64,000 bases of DNA from an uncultured Clostridia bacterium (GTDB lineage Bacteria; Bacillota; Clostridia; TANB77; CAG-465), in assembly GCA_947626975.1 (NCBI GenBank), contig CANQUF010000005.1, positions 234 through 64,233 on the forward strand, given 5' to 3'. Shown here in pieces: positions 9,021 to 20,177 of this stretch; the first letter of the stretch is position 1; each line of letters starts with the position of its first letter. A model generated the notes under the pieces. That model was given only the letters and a program-made list of their open reading frames with translations. It ran no database searches and was not told the DNA's origin. Position numbers and translations under genes: made by a program.

Positions 9021-12000
9021 TTAATTAATACCATTAGTAATAATTCCATCATATCTATTTACAGTACCATTACCTCCAATAGATACAGTTGTTCCTGTTA
9101 TTGTAAGCATATCATTTTCTTCTTTTTTATCATCTAATCCAATATTTAATGTAGTATTATTTAAAATGCATGGTCCTGATTGATTTGTTATATGTCCACC
9201 CTTAATTGTATCTAATATTGTTAATGTTCCATCATTTATAATAATATAGTTAGACATATTTGCAGATATAGTATGAGATTGTAAATCTATAATAATGTTT
9301 TTATTACTATCAATATTTAAACTTTCACTTACTTCAGTATCTCTTAAGATTTCAATTGTTTTAGTATCTCTTAAATATTTAGAATTTATAGCTTCTTGTA
9401 TTGTTTTATAGTAAATTGTACCTACTTTTGCAACTGCATCATCTGTAGCTATAGGTTTTAATATAGCTTTTTCTATTTTTTCAGTTTTACTTCTAACTAC
9501 TTCATAGCCTTCAGGTACTTGATTTACTGTACCACCAATTGAGATTTCCCCATTAATTTCACCATCATAGAAATTAAATGTACTAGTATTATCTACACCA
9601 TAACTTTTTCCTTCTATATATGGAGTAGTAGTATTTACTTCATTATCATCATCATTTCCTATAGTAAGCATTTTTGTATTTTTTATTGCAACATTATTTT
9701 TTGATACTATATTACCACCAGTTATTTTAAGTGTACCTAAATTTTCTATTGCAAAGCTAGTATCTGCATTGATTGTAACATTACTAATATTTAAAATACC
9801 TCTATTCATAATGGAAGTAATATTACCATCAGAAATTATAGCATTTGAATTATTATTATTTTCTAATCTTTCTATAGTTCCTCCTGTCATATCTAATTTA
9901 TATGAGCTTATTAATTCTTTAATATCACCGCCATTAATTATAATGTGAGCTTCATCATTTCCAAATATACGCGATTTTATATTACCACTTTGTATAGTTA
10001 ATTTACTTTGTTTATTATTTTTTATATCTGAAGTTACAGTTGCATTTGATAATTCTATTTGACCATAATTTTCTACATTTGCATTTATATTTCCACCCGT
10101 AATATTTATTTGTTTACTTTCTTTATTAATTAAAGCTCCTTTAATTGTTCCACTAGACATATTTATTTGATTAGAATTTATAACGGCATCATCTATTGTG
10201 GCATTATCTGATATATTTAAGTTTCCTTGATTATAAATACCGCATAGTATTATATCTTTTAAATTAACAGTTGCGCCTTCATTATTTAATACGCCTGAAA
10301 TATAATTTTTGCTATTATATATATCCTCTTTATTATAACCATCAATTATTCCAGATGAAAGTGTAACTACTCCATTTTTATTATTTATAGCATATACTGA
10401 GTAACTAAAAATATTTACAATATTTGAACTTACACTATCTTTTATTTCAAGATTACCATTATTTTCTATTAAGTTATTATTTGAATGTATAATTCTTTTT
10501 CCATTAAAATCTAATATGATATTCTTATTTTCAGGTATTATAGCTGAATTTTCATTTCCTGCCACTATAATTTTATCTTTTATTAATTTTATAGTTGCAT
10601 TATTATCAGTAAGTGATTCCATTGCCTCTTTAATAGAAGAGAATTTTTCTTCTTTTCCATCAATTTGAACTGCATCTATTTTTTGTTTTAAAGTTGCAAT
10701 TTCAGTTTCTTCATTATTTTCTATATCTATATGATATCCTTCTTCTATATCCTCTACACTAATATCAATTGCAGTTTTTCCTTTTAATGTACCTCCATAA
10801 TATTTTAATTTTGTATTTGCAGAATTTTGAATACAAGTATTTTTTCCTGCATCAATTATAATATCATCATTTGGATTTCCATCTTTACTTCCTACTTGAA
10901 TATCACCATCATAAATACTTATATATCCAGTTATATGACCTCCAGTAATTTTTAAGCTACCCGAATGATTAGGAAAGTTTCCAATTATATTACCACCATT
11001 AACTTCTATTATGCTGTTAAATCTTCCTTCTATATTTCCATTTATCTGTCCGCTATTAATTATAACTTTACATTGATTATTAATAGTACCATTAGATATT
11101 GAATATTTATCTACTGTATTAGTTATATTAGCACCATCTATATATATAGTACCTCTACCAGAGTTTACTATAACGTAATATCCTGTACTTGTTAAGGTGC
11201 TATCTTCTAATTTAATATTACCTGCATTACAATTATTTATACAATATCCTGTACTATTAATAATTGTTTTATTATTTATATTTATATTACAATTATCGGA
11301 TAAATTGGTTATAGCATCTCCTTTTGTTTCAATTTTTATATTACTTACAGTAAGTAAATTTCCATAATTGTTTATAGCTTTATTTGGTGCATTAATATTA
11401 CCTAATTTTTCTAAGCTATTATCTGTAATTTGTAATTTTCCTTTATTTTCAAATAAACAATCCATATTACCTTTTATGGTATTAGAGTTTAGATCTATTA
11501 TTACATCTTTATTTTCATCAACTGTTATTTTTTCATCTTTAGATATTATGTCAAGATTTCTAAGTATTTTTATTGTAGTATTTTTATTAGTTTCACAAGC
11601 ATCAAGTGCTTCTTTTATTGACATATATTCTGTATCACCTATACTTGCCACTGCACTAGTTAATTTTAATTTAGCTATTTCTTCTTTACCATTATGTGTT
11701 TTTTCTACTTCATAATTTTTAGGTGTATTAACTACTGAAGTTGTACCACCACTAAAAGTTACACCATTTTTACTTGTTACTATACCATCATAGAAATTTA
11801 TTATACATGAGTTATTTATAGTAGCAATATTTCCACTATAAATTCCATTAATAATAGGATACTCTTCACTTACAGAATTATCTGTATCATCACCTATAGT
11901 AAATGTACCTTTATTAGTAATATTATTTCCTTCAATTATAACTTTATTTTTTAATTGTATTATATCGTTATTATTTATAACATTTGAGCTACCATTAACT

Positions 12001-15000
12001 GTAGAATTACTATCTATTCCCTCTATTAAGATATTACCAGAAGTATTTTTTATAACTTCATTACTTCCTTTTAAACTAGAATCTATAATATTAATATTTC
12101 CTCCACCTGTATTTTCTATAATAGTATCACTAGACGATGTAACGTTTGTATTTTTTATTTCTATATTTCCAGTTTTAATATTATTTATAAAATGAGTTCC
12201 TGATGTTAATGTAACATTACTAATTTCTACATTTCCTGTTCCATCATTATTAATAATTCCTTGTTTAGAATTAATAGTACCACCTGTTATCTTAATTGAC
12301 TCACTATTTGAACTTGTATTTTGTATTGCATATGTATTATTTCCTAATATATCAATTTGGCCTGATGTCATATTAATTTTTCCTTGATTTAAATTATTTA
12401 TAGCATATGAGTATTCTTTACTTGTTTGTAATGTTAAGTCATTAATATTAGTAGTTCCTAAATTATTAAGTATATACTTAATATCACTAGCACTTTTTCC
12501 TAATTTTGTCGAAATAATTTCACAATTTTCTAAATTAAGATTTCCATTTTCTTCATTTTGTATTACACCATTTAATATTTTTCCAGACTTTTCTACACTA
12601 TCATCTTTAATAGTTAAATTTCCATTATTTGTTATAAAATTATCTTGCATATATGTAGTTATAGTATGAGAATTTAAATCTAAAGTTATATTTTTATTCT
12701 CTGGTACTTGTAATATATTTTCTGATGAAAATGCTACAAAATCTCTTAAAACAGTAATTTTATTTTCATTTTCGTTACATGAATCAACTGCTTCTTCAAT
12801 AGACATAAATTCTTGACTATCATTTACTTTTACAATTTTTTCAGTTTTGTCTACAATAGTTAAAACTTGTTTAGAATTATTGTTTGACAAATTTAAGTAT
12901 GAATTATCTGGGATATTAGTTATTGTACCAGACACAGCTTCATTATCCGCAATTATACTTCCTTCATAGAAATTTACAGTACCTTTTTCATTTCTAATTC
13001 CATAATAACTAGATGAAATTATTGGATAGCTTTCTTGACTTTCTATATTATCACTTTTAATACCTATATTTATAGTACCTGTAGATGCATTCCATATTCC
13101 TGCCACATCTTCTTTATTATTTGATATTGTAATCATTTTTTCTTTATTTGTTCTAGTTATTGTAATAGAACCTACTCCATTATTTAAAATAGCACTAGAT
13201 GATGAATAATAATTATTATATATAATATTACTATCATTTATTGTTATATTACCAGAATTTCCATTTCTAATAGTAGATGATATTGTTCCTATACTTTTTA
13301 CATAACAATTATTAATTTCACAAGTACCAGTATTATCAACTAATCCAGTTATTTCATTTTCATTTAATTTAATTATACTACTATTGATTACTGCTGTATT
13401 TTTAGAAATAATTGAACCATTTGTCATTTCTAAATTTCCGCTATTTGTAATACTTGTACATGTTGAAGAATATATTGTTGCTTTTGAATAGTTTATAATG
13501 GTTTCATTAACTATTGTATTTTGTAATTCTATATTTCCTGAATTACTTATTGATGCTATTGTACTTCCACTAATTAAAAGATTACCCGAATCTTCATTTT
13601 TTACATTACCTTTAGTAAACTCTACACCTGTTATCTCAAGTTCTGAATAATTATCTACAAAATTATAAGTATTTGCAGATGATGAATATGGGTAAGTTAA
13701 TGTAAAGCTTCCACCTGAAATATATGATTTTTCTGTACCCTTTATAGTAACACAAAAATTCTGTCCAGTTATTTTTCCTCCAGTAATATTTAAAGAACCA
13801 TTACTTAAAATTGCACTATTAGAAACTTTTGAAGTTATAATTTCTCCTCCACTTATATTAATGTCACTATTTTCTTGTGAAACTATTACACTCTCATTAG
13901 TTGATTTTAATATTCCACCTTTTATCTCAAGTACTGAGTTAGAATATGAGTATATTGTAATAGAATTTTTATTTTCTATACTTCCAACATTACCAGTCTC
14001 AGAATTTTTGTCAATAATTTCTAATTTTCCATGATTATCAATTAAATGAGAATTACTTGTAATTGTTATTAAATTTCCATTTAAATCTAAAATTATATTC
14101 TTATTCTCAGGAATTACTAATGTATTAGTTAAACTGATTGCCTTTAGTACAGTTACAATTGTTGGTGTATCATCACTTTTAACATTTTCTATAGCCTCTG
14201 CAAGCTTTATATAATATTTATTACCAATTTTAGCTTCTACATCTGCTAAAATTCCAAGAGTTGCCGTTTCTACATCAGTTTCATCTGTTTCTATCATAGC
14301 ATTATATAAATCTGGTGTTTTATTTACATCACCATTTATTGCAATTTTCCCTATAATTTTTCCATCATAGAATCCGAAGAAACCACTATTATCAACGCCA
14401 ATATTCTTACCCTGTATTACAGGACATTCATTAGATACTTGAGTATCATTATTACCTGCTCTTAATACTCCTGATTCATTATTTTTTATAGCCGTTGCAT
14501 TTTTACTTTCAACTTTACCAGTTTTTTCTTCACTAGTATCTACAATTTGTAGTTTACCATTATTTGTTAATGTAGGCTGAGTTTCATCAGAAGAACCTAC
14601 TGTATGCCCTTTCAAGTCTATTATAATATTTTTTCCTTCTTCTACTAAGTTTACTTCATCAACATCTTTTAACATTTCAATTGTTGTTGCAGTGTCCGTA
14701 GCATTTTTTTCACAATAATCTATTGCTTCTCTTAATGTTGGAAATAATTTATCCCCTATCTTTGCAACAGCATCTTTTGATAAATCTTTAACTTCTACCA
14801 TCTTTTTTGTAATATTTTTAGCTACATCCTTTACAAATACATAATATGTTCCATTATTATTTACTGATATTGTAGTATCTAATGATTTTAAAGATTCACA
14901 TGGAGTATAATCAGGTTCAGTATCGATATTTTTACTTATTCCATATCCTATAATTCCATTATTATCTGTTGCTTTTAAAGTAATACTTTTTTCATTTTGT

Positions 15001-18000
15001 TCATCTTCTGTAACATCTGCTTTAGTTATTACTGGTGGTTCTTTATCAATATTTTCTATATTATGACTTATCTCATTACTTGACTCATTTAAGTCAGTAA
15101 ATTTTGCATATACAGTAGCATTTTTTCCTACTTTAAAAGTATTTTTATATTTTGTATAATCTTGAAGTACTTGTAAATCTGTATCCACAACTTGATACCA
15201 AACTTCAATTCCATCTGGAATTTCATTATTATTTACTTTAATATTTACATCAACATCTTGATTTGTCCAATCTGTTGGATTATGAGTTATAGTAGCATTT
15301 AAAGTTGGAAATTCTTTAGTTGTTAGAGTTTCTTTATTTGTAGATTTAACATTTAAAGCTTGATCTTCTACTTCTACATAATATTCATATATAGTATTTG
15401 GTGTAGCATTTTCTATATTAACTTTAAAAGTTTGTAAATCAGCCTTTTCTTTACCTACAGGATTTCCCTCGTATTCATGTTTTGTTAACTTATACTCATC
15501 CTCTTCTTGTTTTTTTACATATACTCTTATTTCCTTTAATCCTGAATTTTCATCTTCTCCCTCTACATTTAAAGTAAATGAGTTCATTTTTAAACTTTCA
15601 TTATCTACACTAATATTTGCTTTTGAAGGTTCAACTGTATCAATGTTATTAATATAATGTACAATTTCATTGCTATAATTTAAACCATCAGTAAGTCTTG
15701 CTCTTACTATGCAATTTTGTGATACTGTAAATTCGCCAATATACGTATCATAATCTTCTATTTCATTTCCTAAATTATCTTCTACTCTAAATTGTAGTGT
15801 ATATTCATCAGACGGATTATTTTCATTTATTTCTACAGATACATTATTTTTTGTCCAAACCTCTGGTGTGTGTGTTATACTTGCATCTAATACAGGCATA
15901 TCTTTTGTTGTTATTTCTTTTTCTTTACTTGTTGTCATTTTATTTGTAGCACCATCTATTACATCCATATATACAACATATGTTGTATTTTTATCTAAGT
16001 TTGATATTACAAGGTCTTCATTATGTGTAACAGACTTTGCATCATCTACTAAGTTAACATTATATGTATATTCTTTTGTAAATATAGTATCTTTATAACC
16101 TTTTTTAGCTACATAAAGTTTTACTAATTTTACACCTGATTGGGTATCTGAACTTGAAAGTTTTAATAAAAAGCCATTTGTTTTTATATCACTTTCTGTT
16201 ATGTTTGCAGTTGGATAAGCCTTATCTATGTTTTTAATCTGTGCACTTATAATATTGCTAGAATTTGTATTATCAGTAAGTCTTGCTTTTACAATACAAT
16301 TTTCAGATACTGTAAAATTATTTGTATATTCTGTCCAAGGAATTATATTATTTCCAGATATATTATCAACACTATATTCTATATTATATCCATCATAATG
16401 TTCATCTTCTGTTATAGTTACATTTACTTCTTGATTTGTCCAATCAGTTGGAGTCCATGTTATACTTGCAGATATATTAGGTACTTCTACTGTACTTATA
16501 TTAGTTTTAGTAGTTGTAACTAAGTTTAGTGCTTGGTCATAAACTTCCATATAATATTTATATGATGTATTTTGATCAAGATTTGTTATTTCTAAATTTT
16601 CATGTCTTATATCTTTATTCTCATGTCCTACTTCATTTCCATTATAACTAAACTCTTTTGTATATACAACATAATCATCAGCTTTTAGTACATATACTTT
16701 TATAGTTTTTATACCTGATTCATTGTCTTGTGCATCTATATCTAATGTAATTCTATCACTCTTTATATCTATAGCATTTATATTTACTAAACTTGGTAAA
16801 GTTTTATCTATATTTTGAATATTATATAGTTTTTCTTCACTTACATTTATTCCATCAGTAAGCCTTGCTTTAACTATACAATTTTTATCTACATCAAATG
16901 CTTGTGTATATTTTTTATAATTTTCTAAAATATTATTATTAATGTCGCATATACTATATTCAATATATACATTTTCTTTCATATCTTCTGTTTTTGATAT
17001 ACTAACATTTACATTTTCTTTCGTCCAAGTTTTAGGAGTACTATCAATATTTATTGCTTCATATTCATCTGGTAGTTTATCTGTTACTACATTTAATATA
17101 TTATCACTTGTAGTTTTTATATTTCCAACTGTATCTTCTACCTCTATATATACTTGGTATTTTGTGCCTGGTTTTAATTCATCTAATTTATAGGTCTCTA
17201 TCTTTTGTGTTGTATCATTTCCAGTATATTCATATGTATGTTTTAATTTACTATCTACATATAATCTTATTTTAGAAATTCCTGATTCTTCATCTTTTCC
17301 TTTTATATTTAAGTCAAAAGATCTTGATGTTATATTACTTGCCTCAACACTTGCTATTACAGGAGAAATTTTATCTATATTTGATATGTCATGACTTACT
17401 TGATTACTACAAGTTATGCTATCAGTTATCATAGCTACTACCTGTCCATTTTGTTCTACTTCAAATGGATCTATATAATTAGTCCAATTCTTGACAATAT
17501 TTCCCTTACTATTTAATACACGATATTGAGTAACATACCCTTCTTCCATACTGTTATTAGTGTTAATTGTTACCAAAACATTATCTTTTGTCCAATTTAA
17601 AGGTGTATGTTGTATACTTAAATCTACATTATCTAATATATCTGTTTTTACTATTTTTTCATCAGCTTTAGTAGATTTTACATTTAAAGCAGCATCTTCT
17701 ACTTCAATATATACTCTATATTCTGTATTTTGAGGTAGAGCTGTTAATTTATATTCTTCATGTTTTTCTTCTGTTGAGTTACCTGTATACTCGTACGTCT
17801 TCTTTAACTCATCATTTACATATAGCCTTATTTTAGAAATTCCTGACTCTTCATCTTTTCCTTTAATATTTAATGTAATTGAGTTTGTAGTTACATTACT
17901 TGCTTCAACGTTTGCAACTACTGGTAATACCTTATCTATATTAGTTATATCATGTTCTACTTCTCCACCTGTTTTTTTGCCATCTGTTAATCTTACTTTT

Positions 18001-19073
18001 ACTTTTGAATTTCTATCTACTTCAAAAGGCATTTCATACTTTTTATATTCTTGTACTATATTTTCATCAAAATCTACTATACAATATTCAAGTGTCATAT
18101 CACTTTCTAAAGCTGTATTATTTGTTATAGTACATTCTACATTATTTTTAGTCCACTCTAATGGAGTATGTGTTATTGTTACATCTGGTAAAGGAATTAT
18201 TTTACTTTCTTCATCTTTAATTATTATTAAATCAGAACTTTTAGATTTATTACCTAAAATTCCGTATGTATAGGCTTGTATTTTATATATACCATCATCT
18301 CTTATAGTTATAACATCATCCTTTTGGGCTTGTTTATACTCTGTACTTCCATCCTTAGATATTATTCTATATACTGTTTTTAGTGCATTTTGTTCTACTT
18401 GATTTACTTGTACTCTTACATTACTTACATATACATCATTTTCTTGCTTACCACTAATTACAGTTAAATTTGGACTTTGCACTTGTTTTACTTCTGGGAT
18501 ATCTAAATTACCAAATACTATATATTTTATTATTATATTTATATCCTCTTTATTTATTATTCCATCAAAATTTACATCTGAAGATAACAATCCTATTTCG
18601 TCAAATATTTTATATTTTTCATCAACTATATATCTTATTATTTTTGTAAGTTCAATTTGATTTAAAATACCATCATTATCTAAATCTCCAACTACACTTA
18701 ATTTAAATACTCTATTATTATCAAGATATTTAACAAACATATTACTCTTAATGTATCCTGATACTACTTCTTTTGTTAAAGCTTCATCTTCATATACAGT
18801 TATATTTGAGTTAATATTTTTCTTAAACTCTTCTATAGTTGTATTAGGTGCAACTCTACTTATATTTTTATCTGTTACTAGATATTTTGTACTTTCAGGA
18901 TTATCATCATTTGTTGATATTAAATTCTTTATAATATCCATATCTGTATCTTTTAATGATAACTGCTCTTCTACTATATTTTTTCTTAGTCCAATAATAT
19001 TTGCTATTATTATTAAAAGCAGTACTAATATTAAGGTTATGCTTACTTTCCTATCGTTTCTATTTTTTTTCAT
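9021..19073 (-). CDS. giant (3350 aa) modular surface protein: signal/anchor, dockerin, 6 Ig/FN3-like modules, 6 parallel beta-helix modules
   Basis: Uninterrupted 10 kb ORF. N-terminal hydrophobic segment VSITLILVLLLIIIANIIG. Two dockerin-type Ca-loop repeats. Six repeats of [..HTP..WTK.NV ... NIDK..P ... ESGI..I.LYV]. Six repeats beginning A.IG...Y.T/SI.EAI..C....I..L.D........I.E.KNIIIDLNGHTI, followed by Asn/Gly/Ile/Thr-rich beta-helix-like turns. Confidence 0.85.
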   Translation of the reverse strand: MKKNRNDRKVSITLILVLLLIIIANIIGLRKNIVEEQLSLKDTDMDIIKNLISTNDDNPESTKYLVTDKNISRVAPNTTIEEFKKNINSNITVYEDEALTKEVVSGYIKSNMFVKYLDNNRVFKLSVVGDLDNDGILNQIELTKIIRYIVDEKYKIFDEIGLLSSDVNFDGIINKEDINIIIKYIVFGNLDIPEVKQVQSPNLTVISGKQENDVYVSNVRVQVNQVEQNALKTVYRIISKDGSTEYKQAQKDDVITIRDDGIYKIQAYTYGILGNKSKSSDLIIIKDEESKIIPLPDVTITHTPLEWTKNNVECTITNNTALESDMTLEYCIVDFDENIVQEYKKYEMPFEVDRNSKVKVRLTDGKKTGGEVEHDITNIDKVLPVVANVEASNVTTNSITLNIKGKDEESGISKIRLYVNDELKKTYEYTGNSTEEKHEEYKLTALPQNTEYRVYIEVEDAALNVKSTKADEKIVKTDILDNVDLSIQHTPLNWTKDNVLVTINTNNSMEEGYVTQYRVLNSKGNIVKNWTNYIDPFEVEQNGQVVAMITDSITCSNQVSHDISNIDKISPVIASVEASNITSRSFDLNIKGKDEESGISKIRLYVDSKLKHTYEYTGNDTTQKIETYKLDELKPGTKYQVYIEVEDTVGNIKTTSDNILNVVTDKLPDEYEAINIDSTPKTWTKENVNVSISKTEDMKENVYIEYSICDINNNILENYKKYTQAFDVDKNCIVKARLTDGINVSEEKLYNIQNIDKTLPSLVNINAIDIKSDRITLDIDAQDNESGIKTIKVYVLKADDYVVYTKEFSYNGNEVGHENKDIRHENLEITNLDQNTSYKYYMEVYDQALNLVTTTKTNISTVEVPNISASITWTPTDWTNQEVNVTITEDEHYDGYNIEYSVDNISGNNIIPWTEYTNNFTVSENCIVKARLTDNTNSSNIISAQIKNIDKAYPTANITESDIKTNGFLLKLSSSDTQSGVKLVKLYVAKKGYKDTIFTKEYTYNVNLVDDAKSVTHNEDLVISNLDKNTTYVVYMDVIDGATNKMTTSKEKEITTKDMPVLDASITHTPEVWTKNNVSVEINENNPSDEYTLQFRVEDNLGNEIEDYDTYIGEFTVSQNCIVRARLTDGLNYSNEIVHYINNIDTVEPSKANISVDNESLKMNSFTLNVEGEDENSGLKEIRVYVKKQEEDEYKLTKHEYEGNPVGKEKADLQTFKVNIENATPNTIYEYYVEVEDQALNVKSTNKETLTTKEFPTLNATITHNPTDWTNQDVDVNIKVNNNEIPDGIEVWYQVVDTDLQVLQDYTKYKNTFKVGKNATVYAKFTDLNESSNEISHNIENIDKEPPVITKADVTEDEQNEKSITLKATDNNGIIGYGISKNIDTEPDYTPCESLKSLDTTISVNNNGTYYVFVKDVAKNITKKMVEVKDLSKDAVAKIGDKLFPTLREAIDYCEKNATDTATTIEMLKDVDEVNLVEEGKNIIIDLKGHTVGSSDETQPTLTNNGKLQIVDTSEEKTGKVESKNATAIKNNESGVLRAGNNDTQVSNECPVIQGKNIGVDNSGFFGFYDGKIIGKIAINGDVNKTPDLYNAMIETDETDVETATLGILADVEAKIGNKYYIKLAEAIENVKSDDTPTIVTVLKAISLTNTLVIPENKNIILDLNGNLITITSNSHLIDNHGKLEIIDKNSETGNVGSIENKNSITIYSYSNSVLEIKGGILKSTNESVIVSQENSDINISGGEIITSKVSNSAILSNGSLNITGGKITGQNFCVTIKGTEKSYISGGSFTLTYPYSSSANTYNFVDNYSELEITGVEFTKGNVKNEDSGNLLISGSTIASISNSGNIELQNTIVNETIINYSKATIYSSTCTSITNSGNLEMTNGSIISKNTAVINSSIIKLNENEITGLVDNTGTCEINNCYVKSIGTISSTIRNGNSGNITINDSNIIYNNYYSSSSAILNNGVGSITITRTNKEKMITISNNKEDVAGIWNASTGTINIGIKSDNIESQESYPIISSSYYGIRNEKGTVNFYEGSIIADNEAVSGTITNIPDNSYLNLSNNNSKQVLTIVDKTEKIVKVNDSQEFMSIEEAVDSCNENENKITVLRDFVAFSSENILQVPENKNITLDLNSHTITTYMQDNFITNNGNLTIKDDSVEKSGKILNGVIQNEENGNLNLENCEIISTKLGKSASDIKYILNNLGTTNINDLTLQTSKEYSYAINNLNQGKINMTSGQIDILGNNTYAIQNTSSNSESIKITGGTINSKQGIINNDGTGNVEISNVTLTSGTHFINNIKTGNIEIKNTNVTSSSDTIIENTGGGNINIIDSSLKGSNEVIKNTSGNILIEGIDSNSTVNGSSNVINNNDIIQLKNKVIIEGNNITNKGTFTIGDDTDNSVSEEYPIINGIYSGNIATINNSCIINFYDGIVTSKNGVTFSGGTTSVVNTPKNYEVEKTHNGKEEIAKLKLTSAVASIGDTEYMSIKEALDACETNKNTTIKILRNLDIISKDEKITVDENKDVIIDLNSNTIKGNMDCLFENKGKLQITDNSLEKLGNINAPNKAINNYGNLLTVSNIKIETKGDAITNLSDNCNININNKTIINSTGYCINNCNAGNIKLEDSTLTSTGYYVIVNSGRGTIYIDGANITNTVDKYSISNGTINNQCKVIINSGQINGNIEGRFNSIIEVNGGNIIGNFPNHSGSLKITGGHITGYISIYDGDIQVGSKDGNPNDDIIIDAGKNTCIQNSANTKLKYYGGTLKGKTAIDISVEDIEEGYHIDIENNEETEIATLKQKIDAVQIDGKEEKFSSIKEAMESLTDNNATIKLIKDKIIVAGNENSAIIPENKNIILDFNGKRIIHSNNNLIENNGNLEIKDSVSSNIVNIFSYSVYAINNKNGVVTLSSGIIDGYNKEDIYNSKNYISGVLNNEGATVNLKDIILCGIYNQGNLNISDNATIDDAVINSNQINMSSGTIKGALINKESKQINITGGNINANVENYGQIELSNATVTSDIKNNKQSKLTIQSGNIKSRIFGNDEAHIIINGGDIKELISSYKLDMTGGTIERLENNNNSNAIISDGNITSIMNRGILNISNVTINADTSFAIENLGTLKITGGNIVSKNNVAIKNTKMLTIGNDDDNEVNTTTPYIEGKSYGVDNTSTFNFYDGEINGEISIGGTVNQVPEGYEVVRSKTEKIEKAILKPIATDDAVAKVGTIYYKTIQEAINSKYLRDTKTIEILRDTEVSESLNIDSNKNIIIDLQSHTISANMSNYIIINDGTLTILDTIKGGHITNQSGPCILNNTTLNIGLDDKKEENDMLTITGTTVSIGGNGTVNRYDGIITNGIN
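18510..18689 (-). other. dockerin-type duplicated EF-hand-like segment (aa 129-188 of the giant protein)
   Basis: GDLDNDGILNQIELTKIIRYIV and SDVNFDGIINKEDINIIIKYIV fit the type I dockerin repeat D.N.DG.I...D...L..Y(L/I). Confidence 0.7.
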
Positions 19074-19094
19074 AAAATTCTCCTCATGTTATTT

Positions 19095-19763
19095 TTAATT
19101 ACATTCATTTGATTTTTTTAATATTATTATTCTTACTAGATTTAAACTTAAAATAACTAATATCATTGTAAATACAATCACTAATAACGGATCTGATGTA
19201 TTTATATTTTTTTCATTATTCTCTTGTGTAGTTTGATAACTTGGTATATCAATTGTTTTATCATTATCCTCAGTCACTTTATTATTTATTATTTTTAGTT
19301 TTATAATTTGATCATTGCTATCAATTAACTCATTAGAATCATTAGAAGTAATGGACTTTAATTTAATTTCTGTTTCCATTTCATCTAAATTATCTTTTAA
19401 CTTAAATATTATATTTCCAATTTCTTCATAACTATTTACACCTGTTACCATTTTATGTATTAGAGTTTTTCCATACTTACTGCTATTTTTATCATCATTA
19501 TATGTTATTTCCCAATCATTTTTATAAATAAAATTCATACTTTCAAATATATTTTCATCGTACTCTAAATCAAATTCTACTACATTTATTCCTTCATCTT
19601 TAGTATCAATATCATTTATTTGCATAGATACTGTAACTTCATCTGAAGGATTTACAACCTCTTTATCAGCTTTTGCTACAAATTCAAAAGTACTTGCATT
19701 TACTGTACTAAATGCAAGTAAAATTAAGCATATAATTAATGTTGATTGGAATAACTTTTTCAT
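19095..19763 (-). CDS. cohesin-like domain protein with signal peptide and C-terminal membrane anchor
   Basis: 222 aa. Signal peptide MKKLFQSTLIICLILLAFSTVNA. A beta-rich domain of about 140 aa (FEFVAKADKEVVNPSDEVTVSMQINDIDTKDEGINVVEFDLEYDENIFE...IGNIIFKLKD) shows a cohesin-like pattern. C-terminal TM LLVIVFTMILVILSLNLVRIIIL plus KKSNECN. It ends 21 nt before the giant gene start. Confidence 0.5.
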   Translation of the reverse strand: MKKLFQSTLIICLILLAFSTVNASTFEFVAKADKEVVNPSDEVTVSMQINDIDTKDEGINVVEFDLEYDENIFESMNFIYKNDWEITYNDDKNSSKYGKTLIHKMVTGVNSYEEIGNIIFKLKDNLDEMETEIKLKSITSNDSNELIDSNDQIIKLKIINNKVTEDNDKTIDIPSYQTTQENNEKNINTSDPLLVIVFTMILVILSLNLVRIIILKKSNECN

Positions 19764-20078
19764 TTTTAAAATACCTCCTAAAAAACTAATAACATACTAT
19801 ATACAATCACATATTATTTTTTATATTTTATTTATATATTTTTTATATATTATTTATATATTTTTTCTAAACTTTTATATCATTATTATTTATAATTGTA
19901 AATGTTTATTTTTCTCTTTTTAAAGACATAATTTCTATATTTTATTGTTACTTTAACATATTTTTTTAGTTATTATATTTTAATATTTTTTATGTTACTT
20001 TTATATTACATTTTACTTTACTTTCTTAAATTATTGAAGTTTTAATCGATTGTGTAATATTTTTAAAATAAAAAATCA

Positions 20079-20103
20079 CCTAGAATCATTTTATAATTCT
20101 AGG
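20079..20103 (-). terminator. intrinsic terminator after the small split ORF
   Basis: CCTAGAAT / ATTCTAGG 8-bp stem with a 9-nt loop, followed by a U-run on the minus strand. Confidence 0.5.
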
Positions 20104-20177
20104 CTATATTTATATTATATATTGGATTGATATAATGTTATAATATTTGGATATTACTATTTTTTAGCTGCCAACAT

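Noticed and set aside
9021-19073. Long periodic DNA repeats that might be mistaken for a CRISPR-like or satellite array.
   Set aside because: The period is about 560-590 nt and in frame, corresponding to protein domain cassettes inside one continuous ORF. No short repeat-spacer organisation exists here or anywhere else in the window.
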